This document shows, piece by piece, positions 23,398-35,900 of a stretch of DNA of 64,000 nucleotides. Each line of letters begins with the position of its first letter. Within the stretch, counting starts at the first letter, position 1. Origin of the DNA: Basidiobolus meristosporus CBS 931.73 (taxonomy: Eukaryota; Fungi; Basidiobolomycota). The position numbers and the translations under genes were made by a program. The notes under the pieces were generated by a model. The model was not told the DNA's origin. It did not search any database and saw only the letters and a program-made list of their open reading frames with translations. Location of the stretch: the NCBI GenBank assembly GCA_002104905.1, contig MCFE01000387.1:1-64000 (forward strand), in the 5' to 3' direction.

Positions 23398-24651
23398 ATG
23401 TTCAGAGCAGGCCTCCATACTAGGCCAAATATCGTGAAATCGGGCATCTCGATTCCGGCAACTATTGCTGCCATAGCGCTTGGTGCTGGCGTTGGGTATT
23501 ATCAGCTGGTTAGTGTATTTATGCGGCAGTTGACTCCATGTGCCTTTTATGTATATTGGTTCAGAATAGAGTATCTTATTCCGAGCAACAAAAAGCACCG
23601 GGTGCTACTTCAGTGAAGGGTGAAGCATTGCCGGTACTACCCTTTGCATTAGCTTTTATCATGCATGTTCTAACTCGAGCTTTAGACATACGAGGAGCTT
23701 CTTCCTAACGTAGAAGTCAGCGAACACTCGCCTATGCGCGAGCGGATGTCAAACTATATCCACACCCTACAATACAACATTGTAAAGAAACTCTCCGAAA
23801 TCGACGGAAAACCCTTTCTAGTCGATAAATGGACACGCCCCTCCGGGGGAGGCGGTGTTACGTGCGTTATCCAGGATGGTAATGTTTTTGAAAAGGGAGG
23901 CGTTAATATCTCCTTGATTACCGGAACTCTTGCTGACGGAACCGTGCGCAATATGCGTTCACGTGGAAAAGAGTTGAAGGGAGACGGGCCATTTCACTAT
24001 TTCGCTGCTGGGCTATCTTTGGTGCTTCATCCACATAATCCCATGGCACCCACCGTGCACTTGAATTACAGATATTTCGAAGTGAACGACGAGAAAGGCC
24101 AATTGATCTGCTCATGGTTCGGTGGTGGCTCGGATCTTACACCGAGCTACCTGTTCGAAGAAGATGCCACCCACTTCCACAATGTTCTCAAATCCACCTG
24201 TGAGAAGCACGATCCGGAATACTACCCAAGATTTAAGAAATGGTGCGACGAATACTTCTACCTGCCACATCGTGGTGAATCTCGAGGCATTGGTGGGATC
24301 TTTTTCGATGATTTAGCCTCAGCCAACCAGAATCAAACCTTCAGCTTCTTACGCGACTGCGGTGACTCTTTCCTTGACGCTTATGTACCAATTTTGGAAC
24401 GCCGCAAGGATATGGCATTTACTGAAGAAAACAAGCGCTGGCAACAGCTTCGACGAGGCAGATATGTCGAATTCAACCTGGTCCATGATAGAGGCACCAA
24501 GTTCGGCCTTCTGAACCACGGCACAAGAATCGAAAGCATCCTTATGTCTTTACCGCTCACCGCTAGATGGGAGTATGAGCACAAGCCGGAGCCCAACTCA
24601 AGAGAGCAGGAGCTACTAGACACATTAAAAGCCACCAAGGAGTGGGTCTAG
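23398..24651 (+). CDS. HEM13: Oxygen-dependent coproporphyrinogen III oxidase with an N-terminal targeting/TM segment
   Basis: GGGGVTCVIQDGNVFEKGGVNIS, PHNPMAPTVHLNYRYFE, WFGGGSDLTP, RGIGGIFFDD, WQQLRRGRYVEFNLVHDRGTKFGL, RIESILMSLPLTARWEY. Confidence 0.96.
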
Positions 24652-25537
24652 GTTTCTACGGCATACCATGTATCTAGCATCACCAATTCATCAAATGAAA
24701 TGTATACAAGTTTACCTTGGGTCCCGGATTCATATACAATATTAAACGCGGCTCGGTTAAATGCGTCAACAAGGCCCATTGTTCCGGTTTCTGTGGGATG
24801 GAAATAGCAATCGGGAATTTCTTGGAAAATCAAGCAGAATGCCAAGACTTAACCACTGGATTCAACCACTTCCGAAATATGCGGGAAAACTATGCAACAT
24901 TCCCCGGTAGCTAGGGGGATTTCATTTGATATAAACTAGTTTAATATGGAAATTAGTTTAGCTACTTCAAGTCACAGCCAAGCCCTGACGAGAATACCTC
25001 TATTCCTTGGCATACAACCTGCAGTGGCCAATTCCAAACAAAGTATGAATCAGCTTCGAGAGGCTTGGACCATGAAAAGTATGTGAAACGTCGCTCAAGG
25101 ATCCAGTTGATAATATGACAACCAACCATATCCCACTAAACGCGACCTTACCACGGTGCAAAAATATCGAGTACCTTGTAAGAATGATCGAATGAGATGC
25201 GATATGTCGTCATTGGGATCAGAAATCCATGGTTTTTGATGACTAAGTGATCGATTAAATGACCCTTATTAGCCAATGGTTACCTAATGCCATATCATTC
25301 ACCTTAATCAACAAATCGATCCTATTTTTCGAAACGAGCCTGGATAAGGTTAGAGATCATGAACGGGACCATTTCTAGAACAGTATCCGCAGAAAAGCTT
25401 TGAATCGAAATCTAGGGCAGATGAAAGCTGTCAAAAAACTATAAAAGAAAAAGGTTGCACTTCGCCATACTCCAACATAAGATTTCCCAAGATTTCGATC
25501 CTGTTGAAATTGCCAGTCCCAACAGCTAATATTCAAA

Positions 25538-26374
25538 ATGAATACATTATATTCTTATCCAAACGCCATGACAAATCCATTTATCACAATGCCTTCACAA
25601 AGACAACCCACGGCAACGGTCTACCCGACTTCAGCCCGAAGCCTTCAATACGACCTACCAAATAGCTATTCTGGTTCTATTGAACAAATTCTCGAAACGA
25701 CTGCCCAGAATTGTCCGGGTGTGCTTGCTGACCTCGTGTCCAGCCTGACCTACTCCCTCAGCTATTCAACCATTGTCCAGTGTGACTCGACAAATACAAC
25801 GGGCATGGAGTTCCGTGAGTTTTGCCGTGGTTTGCTTCGCCGTGCACAACTCTCCACACGAAACATTATTATTGGTCTTCAATACCTATATCGTCTTCGA
25901 AAACGCGCACCAGAGCTATGTGCTCAGGTTGGATCGGAACGCCAGCTTTTGACGGTGTGTCTAGTGCTCGGAATGAAATATCATGAAGATATTCCTTACT
26001 TTAACGGAACCTGGAGCAAACTATCCGGAATCCCACTGTCCATATTGAATGGCTTGGAGATGCAGGTGCTGGAAATCCTAGGGTTTGACTTGTACTTCTC
26101 TGGCGAGGAGTACGAAAGATGGGTTTGTGAGCTGGAAGGAATGGTCCGATTGATCAGAAATCCATTCTCGCAAATCGTCTACCAACAAGAACAGTACGCT
26201 GCCCAGTGCATGCCTGGCGGCGGATATCCTATGCCATTGCCATACCAACAAACCAGCATGATGCCGGAGTATCCACAGCTTGGCAACTCGGAATCATGTA
26301 ACTGCAAGCTGGACTCCTGCAACGATCTAGTGCCATGCCCATTACACCTGGCCGAATACCACAGTCTGGTGTAA
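25538..26374 (+). CDS. Cyclin-fold protein of the Pho80/PCL (Pho85 cyclin) family, intronless
   Basis: FREFCRGLLRRAQLSTRNIIIGLQYLYRL..RQLLTVCLVLGMKYHEDIPYFNGTWSKLSGIPLSILNGLEMQVLEILGFDLY. Confidence 0.85.
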   Translation: MNTLYSYPNAMTNPFITMPSQRQPTATVYPTSARSLQYDLPNSYSGSIEQILETTAQNCPGVLADLVSSLTYSLSYSTIVQCDSTNTTGMEFREFCRGLLRRAQLSTRNIIIGLQYLYRLRKRAPELCAQVGSERQLLTVCLVLGMKYHEDIPYFNGTWSKLSGIPLSILNGLEMQVLEILGFDLYFSGEEYERWVCELEGMVRLIRNPFSQIVYQQEQYAAQCMPGGGYPMPLPYQQTSMMPEYPQLGNSESCNCKLDSCNDLVPCPLHLAEYHSLV

Positions 26375-26805
26375 TGGCTTTTTCAATTCTTGTATTTTTA
26401 GTATTTTCCTCTACATACTCTTTCTAATGTAATGTTAATCAACCTTGTAATTTTTTTGTCCAACTGACCATTATAATCCTATATAAATGACAAATCCAAA
26501 CAACATTTCAAATTGACCGAACCGCCGATTTCTCCATGACCCGGTATCATCCGAAGTAATATTGGATGCGTCAACTTGGAACATGACAGGGTAGATATCC
26601 TGACCAATGGGTGTTGGACCAATTTACTGTTGCCATATAGACGGAAGGGCATACTAAATATAGATTTTTGGCGATGCTTCTTAATTTCTGGTGTATTGGA
26701 TAATGATATGTGTACAAGAACATGTGATTGTGAGATGAATGGGTTCATCTCCTAGTGAATTCTAATCAGTAAGTATAAACAAGTATCTTTCAAGATGGTA
26801 AAAGG

Positions 26806-28449
26806 CTAAGCGGAATCGTGGCTAATTGCTGTCTTGGTTCTATTGGGAGCACCGATGTTGCGTACATCATATCCGTTCTGTGCCAAGTACTCCTTGAATG
26901 CCTCATCCTCTTCCTCGAGACAGTCCTTGGAAAGATTCGGAACGAAGAACCATGTGAGGATGGCTCCTAATAGTGCCAAGCAACATCCAATAATAAAAGG
27001 TGAACGTTGGCCGTTAGTCGTGTTCGGTCCCCCAAAGGCATCGACAATCGGTTTGAACGCGGCGGTGCCAACACTAGCCCCAACTTTTCCAATAGCAGCT
27101 GAGATACCGTACGCAGTTCCACGCACTGCAGTCGGGTAGCTCTCGGCACTTATGAGGCCTATGCAGTCACCAGGTCCGAACTCGCCAAATGCAAGGTAGA
27201 TCCCATACAGAACCTAAGAGTATATTTAGATGTCTATTCGTTCCGTTCCATTCGTTTTGAACACTTACCACGAACAATGGGAAAGCGTTTTCAATCAACG
27301 GCTTGTAGGCAACTCCTATGGCAATTCCAACAATCCCTTGAAGGGCAAAGCCAATGGCCATGGTTCGCTTCCGTCCAATCTTGTCGGAAAAGATGGCACC
27401 GCCAACCACACCCGGGAGGTAGAAAGAATAAAGTAGGAGGTTCCAACTAGTGATCTTCATCAGTGAATCGTCAGGCACCGCCTTACTCAGAATCGTCGAG
27501 GAAAACACTCCAGATGGATAGGATATGAAATCGTAAAAGAACCACAGGCCAGCAGTGGTCAATATACGGGGCCAATACCTCTTGAAGATGAGTATATATG
27601 GGACATTCCGTTTGATTCCATCGGATTCATATCGAGCAGAATTATTCATCTTCATTCGGACTACAACATGCATGTTAGCGACTAGCTTCAAGGTAGAGGT
27701 TGAGAGAATCCTACTAACAGTAAAAAACGGAAAGCGGGGGGATCGCACCGAGCCCTAAGGCGATTCTCCAGATGGCCTCGAGGTTTTCATGGAAAATAGC
27801 TAGCAAGATGATAGGGACCAAAGCAGAGAGAACGTATCCAAAGTCGATGACAAAGGCGGTTACCTATACGAACAGAATTGATTCAGCGCTGCCGGACGGC
27901 CGAGAAGTCAACAGTTGCTCTTACCATCACAAACAAACAGCCTCGATTATTCGGCCTAACTTCATCTGCAGACTCGCTGGCACTTACCGAGCTGCATGGG
28001 TACTCTCCTCCTACTCCCACTCCTAATATACCACGGCAGATGGTCAACATCCAGAAAAGTCCCGATACAGAACCACCAGCACCATAAGATACAGCAGATA
28101 GAATGGCACCAATGATGACCAGTGCTGTCGTAGACATCATTCCTACTTTTCTCCCAATCCTATCGCACACCAGACCAAAGCCCAATTGCCCAATGATCAT
28201 TCCTACAAAGAGAGCATTGCTGATCCTGGCTGAGATTTCACTGGTGTATTCTGTAGGATGAAGTTTGGTCAAAACAAGATTCACAAAACTAATGACACCA
28301 GACTGATATCCGTCCGATAGCAAGGCAAATCCGGAGAATATGACGGTGAAAAGAGCTGAAATACGACTCTTTCTTCTCGAATGATAAGCAACTTCTTCGC
28401 TCGTCGGCTTCGAGTTTACAGTGCTGTACTCTGACTTGAAGTCGGACAT
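26806..28449 (-). CDS. GIT1: MFS glycerophosphodiester/phosphate permease (Git1-like); multi-exon
   Basis: FSGFALLSDGYQSGVISFVN, GQLGFGLVCDRIGRKVGM, RGILGVGVGGEYPCSSVSASE, YWPRILTTAGLWFFYDFISYPSGVFSSTI, GEFGPGDCIGLISAESYPTAVRGTAYGISAAIGKVGA. Confidence 0.88.
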
Positions 28450-29490
28450 TTTCAACCGCTGGGTAGGAACGCTGTTTCAGAAGCCAGCCTAGGGTATATA
28501 TATGTTATTCCCCAATGTGACCAGCCTTAGGGATTTTTGGACAGGGACTTCGATCGGTCTGTACACGAGAAAATACCAGTCTATCGATTGGTGCTTGAAT
28601 CACCATAACATCACCAATTCCATAAAAACTGTCTACTCTCCGACCTCAACCAATACTCTGCGGTCACGTAACACCAAACTTGTAACAGTTTATCCATATC
28701 GATCACAAGCGAAAACTCCCTATTTTGGATGCTTGCCAACTGCAGCCACAGAATTGTAGCTATTCCAAAGACTCGCCAGATAACTTTGCTATGGAAGATG
28801 AAAGAATGCCGAAGTAGTGAACCCTGGAGGTTACGGAAAATTCCATGCTACCGTTGAGGATTGGGGCGCCTGTAATATATGTCAACCGTTGGCCTTTATC
28901 TGTAGGTTCTATATAAAGTATACGACAGGAAAATAAGAAACGGCGATTAGTTGCTTGTCACACTGAAGCTTCGAGAAATTTTGTTGTTTCCAAGTGCCCC
29001 AACCTCATTTTTTCCTTTGGTTGTCCTTAAGTAGGCCGAGATTGAGGACTGCAGTCAATGTAATATAGCCAATTTCTGAATGCGTTAATGGATATGATAT
29101 CGGTGGGACCTGATGCCTTAATTAGTATTTGTTAGTAGATTAGGCTTGCCAATTTTCGAGCTACCACGCTTTCACGTGAAACTGCCCGGGTTTGTTGTTT
29201 ACGTAAAATACAGACCAATTTCGACCGAATGTGAGTTTCGATTCTACATTTCGGCTTTTCGGCACATGGTGGCTAGACCTGTGACAGCTCCTAATGAATT
29301 CGTACATATTCCATTCAAATTGCTACAATGTGGTGTATTGTGTAAGGTATTAGCCAAGGTTTATTCTTCATTATATTGCATGTCCACAAAATGGACCATT
29401 CCAATTGACTACTAAAAATGATACAAGAAATTGACTGATTACAAAAAGGACGACCGTTGATAATAAATAGCCAATGGAGATTAATCAGCA

Positions 29491-31009
29491 TCAACGGCGA
29501 GAGTTTCTATTAGGTGCGCTACCGGCTGAAAACAACTGTCTGGGTGGGTTGATCAGCCTGGAGGTCGCTTCGTTATCACGGGGCTCCTCTTTGATGAATT
29601 GAACGTCATCTTCAGAAGATTCACCTCGCGGCTCGCTCTTAACCACTACGTTCTCATCTGGTGGTGCAATTCGACCGGGCGTGCGCACGGCGGTTTGAGG
29701 CTTTTTATGGGATTGCGGGCGGGGTGGACTCTCAGGCTCCATATCATCGCTATGATCTCTAGAGCGCTTCGTTGGTGGAACCCGGTTTTTCATGTGAGCC
29801 GGCATGCGGTGCTTTCTGCTTACCAGATGAACTTGTTCGTAATCGTAGTTGTCGATGTTTAGGACGAACTCCATCATATGGTTGTAAGTTATAGTGTTGA
29901 AGCGAATGTCGATAAATTCGCTACGAACATGCTTGCGCATCTGCAGAAGGTCATTCTTCAATTGCTCCAGTGTTCTCTCCGGGTAGCGAGCGATGATGTA
30001 CCCGAAAATTACAAACTCGATGGGCGCCATGATCGTCGGGACGAAGAAAATGTCCAAGGAGTCCTCCACGAGCTTGCTGTACTTCCTGAAGGTATCAGTG
30101 CACCTGGCTCGAAAGTCAGGGTCGATGGTGATATTGGTCCTGAGGAACTTCTCGATATTGCTGGAGCTGGATTGCATTTTCATGGGCTCGTAATAGATCA
30201 TGTGGATGGTTTGCGCTGCAAGTAAGTAGGGACGTGCACGACGATTGTCCATGATCTCTAATACGCGAGGATACTCGTCCAGCAACGTACGTACAAATTG
30301 CGCCATGGGGGTGGCAACTGCCTGAAGCTTTTCCGCAGCAGTAAGGGCGACGCCCATTTGTACTCTTGAGAAAATCTCATTCTAAAAATGGATTAGTCAG
30401 CCGTCGCGAGAGCTAAATCCTGGCTCATTCACAGTACCTCCTGCTCCATGGTTAGACCGTAATATTCAACGCAGATAAGCTCAGAGTAACGGAAATCTTC
30501 GCGCTCACGTTCAGTCAACACATGTCTTCGGCTAACGGTAGGGTCCTCGTTGAACCAACGTTTGACAGCAACTGGGCTGTTTGGATCAATATGAGGAATG
30601 TCGTTATTCATAAAGCTAAATGTCGATTGTGAGTATCAGTGCTTCTAGTGTGTAAAGGAACACAAATGAAATACCGTCTAATGGAAGACAAGCGCTGTTT
30701 TCCATCAATGCATACTTTCAAAAGTCTGCCATCAGGTAAACGCTTGCAAGAGAAGATAACCGGAGGAACATAGAAATTCTTCAGGATGGAATCTATCAGG
30801 TAACTCATTCGCTTTTCGGGCCACACAACGTCACGCTGAAACTCCGGACCTTTGGTAAGAGGATTAATAAGTGTGAAGTGGTGCCTAGATCAAATAAGCC
30901 ACTTACAAAGATCGATAAGATTATTCTCCATCATTTCGTGAAGCTTGTAAAGTTGATGCGTGACATTCCTCGGTTTGTTGAGAGCCTCTACGGCAGGAAG
31001 GCTTGACAT
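29491..31009 (-). CDS. DUF262 (GmrS/ParB-Srx-like) domain protein; multi-exon
   Basis: MSSLPAVEALNKPRN..LHEMMENNLIDL/CPEFQRDVVWPEKRMSYLIDSILKNFYVPPVIF..KVCIDGKQRLSSIRR/FMNN..EQE/NEIFSRVQMGVALTAAEKLQA. Contains the QR-x3-W, DGxQR and F-xRxxxG-xxL motifs of DUF262, then a helical region and a disordered tail. Confidence 0.8.
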
Positions 31010-31400
31010 AGGAAACGAGAAGGCTGATTTAACGGTCTTGGAAGAGGATATTCAATCACAATCTAAGAAAGAGTATCTCATTAAAAACAGCCAGGTCGAG
31101 GAAAATAAAAATAATCAGAATATGACAATGTGGAGCAGACGTCTTTGATGGAATGTTTTCCTATCGAATATAGTCAATAACTTGTATCCCCATTGTTCAT
31201 AGCAACCAATGGCTTTGGTTAACTGATTTAAGTGAGATTGAGTAATTTCATTTATTGTATCATCCATTGTCGCATGTTTCCTGAGAATTGCCTGGGGACT
31301 GGATCCTCTTCAAGAAATGATCAAATTTGGGTGTGCATTTCTCTTTGTCTGCCTCGCCTACTTTTGGGTCGACTTCGATTACAGCAATAGCCAGCCAAAT

Positions 31401-32504
31401 ATGTCCGCAAGAGCATTGACTTCAGTGATTCAAGCAGCTAAAGGAAAGCACAGCGCTACGGTTATCTTTCTTCACGGATTAGGGGATAGTGGAAATGGAT
31501 GGTAGAGAGATACGCTTATATACGAAGCTACTTGGTATACCAACCTAGTTTTTTTTGTTAGGGCGCCTGCCACCGCCGCAATCGCACCGCTACTTCCTCA
31601 TGTAAAGTTTGTCTTGCCTAACGCGTATGTATTCTATACAGACATATCTTCGAGGTGTATGTTGCTTATTCATTGAAATAGCCCCGCCCAACCGGTAACC
31701 CTCAATTTCGGGATGGCCATGCCTTCATGGTAGATTTACATTCATGTCTTTTTGTATTCAACACAAGTGACCTTTATCAAAACCACGACAGGTACGACAT
31801 TTACTCTCTTGATAGTATCAATAGAGAGGAGGATGAGAAGGGCTTGTTGGAGTCTTCCAGAATCAGTTAGTGATGTAGCCGCAAAGTTTGGCTTTTGAGC
31901 ACATTTGGCTAACATCATTGTATAGTCAATACCCTTATCCAGAAAGAAATCGATAATGGAATCCCTGCTAATCGCATCGTGTTGGCTGGGTTTTCTCAAG
32001 GTATTTACTGTAAATAGCCCTCTAGGCACGGGTCATATTTAACCATGAGATATTGCCTAGGATCGGCCATGTCTTTGCTGACTGGATTGACCACCGAGTA
32101 CAAGGTTGCCGGTATTATTGGGTTGAGTGGTTACCTGCCAATCCGCAACAAAATTTTCTCCGTAAGTAATCGTCAAACAGGATGTCGCGAGCCCGTACTA
32201 AACCACTGCGATTCCCTGTAGATGGTATCCGACAACAAGCCGCCTATTTTCATGGGCCATGGTACCTCAGACCCTGTAAGTTTATTGCCAGTTTCTTGCA
32301 ATCCCTATGAACCATTCTGACCAGTGATTCTCTCCTGACCACCAGGTCGTTCAATTCCAATTTGGCCAAGGATCTAGCGAGCTGCTTGAAGCCAAGGGCT
32401 ACAATGTGGAGTTCCACGCCTACCCTGGAATGGCTCATAGCTGCTGTGACGAAGAGCTGAGCGACATGGCCAAGTTCTTGGAAAAGGTCATTCCACCTGA
32501 ATGA
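31401..32504 (+). CDS. Acyl-protein thioesterase 1 / lysophospholipase (LYPLA family); multi-exon
   Basis: KHSATVIFLHGLGDSGNGW..HVKFVLPNA..TLNFGMAMPSWYDI..RIVLAGFSQG (nucleophile motif)..GLSGYLP..PIFMGHGTSDPVV..YPGMAHSC..FLEKVIPPE*. Confidence 0.92.
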
Positions 32505-32782
32505 TTCTGAAACCCTGATTTTGCATTCTGTTCAATAAAACCAAGCCATTCAGAGTTTTTTATTCACGATGACGTGATTCCCGACCACCCGACCTCTGTC
32601 AGGGACCAAAAAATTGAATAAATTGATTGCACGAACACGGTGTGCAGCGCATCTCCTCTTAGATTCCTTCCTTTTCGTTGGTCGATCGGAAGACGTGTCG
32701 AGGAGTAAAGAATGAGCAACCCGAATCATTCGTCTCGTGCCAACTTCACTGGTGTTTTCACGGGTTTTCGGGTGCTCGAAAC

Positions 32783-32806
32783 TACATCTACATCTACATC
32801 TACATC
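32783..32806. repeat. (TACATC)4 microsatellite in the convergent 3' intergenic region
   Basis: tacatctacatctacatctacatc read directly. Confidence 0.8.
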
Positions 32807-32961
32807 TCGACCATGGGAAAGTTTGGCTGTGTTTATTCGTTAGGCTATTAGACATTGTGTTGGTATTTATGCGGTGATTTGGACTTGATGGATGCCCGAT
32901 CTAGTTTTGTTTATCCTCTCTATATACTACCGCCCAATCAAGTCCCATCCGATGGCATGGT

Positions 32962-35900
32962 TCACGAAGCGCCAAAGCCTCCGTTATTAAGGATACATAG
33001 ACATCCACAGCCAGTAGGGCACATCTGGTTGCTGCTAAACCAGTCACGTATGTGGTTGCTGTGGCCACCATGGAGACAGAGTAGACAGAAATTGGTCAAG
33101 CCTAGTGGGAGTTGACGATGGCCATTAGCAGGGTGTAAAGAAATTGGATGATTTGAATCGCTACCTTTTACAGTTACTCGACATATGACACATTTCAATC
33201 CCGCCCGTTTTCTATCGCAGATAAAGCATTTGCTACCAGGTGGAAGCTCTTTGTTGCACTCGGAGCAGTAGGTTGCAAATTCTGGAGAAGAGTTTCAATA
33301 AGATGAGTATATGGTCCAAAAAACACAACCACGAACCAAGTCCGATTTGTCTACTCTCCGCTCGAATCAGTGAGTTCCAGGGCTTGTGGATGGCAATGAA
33401 TTTGAGGACCTCTGCTCGCGCATCCAACAGCCCCCAACGATAAAGCGTTTCCGCGTATGCAAGACGATAGCAGTCGTAGCGAGCGCCTAACGCAGGATCC
33501 AAGAGTGTAACTTTGGCTGGGCTAATATTGTGTTGAATGGTTTGGTTAGTAGCTATGCATTGAGCGATGTATCTAACAGCTTGTACCGTTTGTCCTCGTC
33601 GAATTCATCTTCATTCATCATGACAACCTTGACCGTCTCGATAGGTACTATGCTGGGGGCCGGTCTTCGTTTGAACACAGATAACGAGGAGCTAAGGTTG
33701 TCGTAGTTTAGTGATCCCCGGCGGCTTCTGTTGCCCAAAAAGGGCGTATACATGGGTTGGTTGTATGCAGACATGGTAGAGTCCTTTCTAAATGGATGTA
33801 ACGGTCCATTGCTAGCTGCACTGCTTCCACCACCACTTCCAATTCCCGGAGGGACATGACTTTGACTTGAAAGCGCACCACGAGGGGTCATAAAGCTCTG
33901 TACTAAAAAGTAGGGAAAATCAACATTAGCTTCGCTATAATACATCAAATGAAGTAGGGGCTGTTTAGAACCTTCGTACTGCTGGTATCCTCGAGGCGAG
34001 TCATCTAAGGTTGGGTAGGCTGGTCGACTGGAGAATTGGGATGAAAGAGAGCTCGATCGAGGTATCTTGGCAGGAACAGTAAACGGAGTTCTCAAAATAT
34101 GATCTATAGCGGAGTTTCCATTGCTATCGCCCCAAGAAGGGTTGTTGAAATTGGACCGGTAGCTTCTGATGTTAAAGTAATCCGTAGATCCCAGCAGATC
34201 CGGCTATATCAATGGAAGTAAGGATAAATCTCCCAAAAAAATACTCATTGATGAGCGTTACCTGTGCACGTTCCAGTACCATGTTGTCTCGTGGTGGGAA
34301 TGGTTGTGAGAATACGCACGCCAAAAGCGCAAGAGTTTGAATGTCCCCTAGTTTCTCAAAGTGTTGCATCCTTTCCAAATCTAAATGTTAGAATCCATTT
34401 TGAAGAACCCCAAGTAGACTTAACCTACAGACTCTGGACCATAACCCGTCCAAATGGGTGTCCTCCCCAGCCAGACATTTCCAAAATTCTCTTGCCGTCA
34501 ATGAGAGAGCTCATGCTTTCATGCGCCCTCTCCTCATCTAGTAGACCTTGTATTTTGGCAGGGTTCTCTACGCTGCCGACGCACTCGGTTAATATCAAAG
34601 CCGCCAATGACCAGACCTTAAACAGATCATCTCTGTTATGCGCAAGCGCTGCCTTCGCGTTGTGTCGGCATACTTTGACGGGGTCATCACCGAGTAAACT
34701 AAGAGGTATGAGTATACGAGTGGGGGAGCGCAAAGCTATCAAGACACAACTAACGTGTAATGTGGAGCCAGTTCCCGATTGATTGGTAATAGCCCACTCA
34801 CATCCATCGTGCTAACAAAGTTTCCAGAACTTTGTTGCTTTGCACCTGGATAGAGTGCAACATCACCCGGTGTCTCAGCGGTGGATATACCCCTGGTAGG
34901 TTGTAAATTCTACAGATGTCGTATGGTTAGTTGGAGAGAAAACGCACTGTTCAGATCCGGGGTTACCTTTGGTTTGAAAAATAGTGACGGAATAGTCAAC
35001 AGCTCGTCTTCATCTTGGTCCTGGTCTTCGTATGGTGTATCTTCTTCCAATCTACGAGTGGTGATGCGCTTTGGTAATCTCGACACAGCCTTGAATTGTT
35101 CTAGCGAATCATAGGAGCGTGGGTGTACGTATGTGTACGAGGACTTCATACTACTCTTCGACTTTCCAGGTTTTGATCCCATTGTCCCCAGATTGGGCAA
35201 GCGCAATGAAGAGAAAAAGTAGACGAGTTTGTCTTACTTTCGGTTAGTGGTGAATTCAACGGCAGTTCTGGATACATTATGCTTACCGTTCCCGGTGAAT
35301 ACTGCACCACACATGCGCGGAAACGGGACACTCTGGTCATCTTTGTCAGCAATCACTGACGCCAGCCTTCTGCCCTCACGGTGCTGTATAGATTCGTCAT
35401 CAGAATCATCCATGTTAAGTTTATCCATGCTATCATCTGGGAACGTTTCTCCCAAAAGGAAGCTGATGCATTCATCAAGGCAAGATGTCTTGTGGGGCAC
35501 GTGAGCGGCAGAGATCTGTTGTAATTGCTAATAAAAAACCGACTTCAGTCATAGTCCACAGGGTGATAATGTTCTCAAAAGGGAGATACCTCCAGAAGAT
35601 GAGCCAGACTCGAGTCCTGCAATACCCCAGTTTTTTGAATGTCGAACAAAGGCGGCGTATCGTCGGGATAGTCAGTAGGGAACGTGATGTTTACTCGTAA
35701 AAACGCCGAACCATTGTCAGACCAGGGGCCATTAAGTGTGAGAGTACATGTACGATTGGTCAAGTTAATCTTCTCAAACTTGACCAGGTCTTGATACTTC
35801 TTAGATATCCAAGCAAACTCTTCTGCCAGGTTGTGTGGATTGCCGGAAAACACCTCACTATCTTCGCCACCTGCTTTTAGCATACGTACGCCTTGCATCC

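Noticed and set aside
25538-29180. Possible phosphate-regulon cluster (PCL cyclin next to GIT1, with a CACGTG at about 29173)
   Set aside because: The genes are merely convergent, the cyclin is not clearly Pho80, and CACGTG is expected many times by chance in 64 kb.
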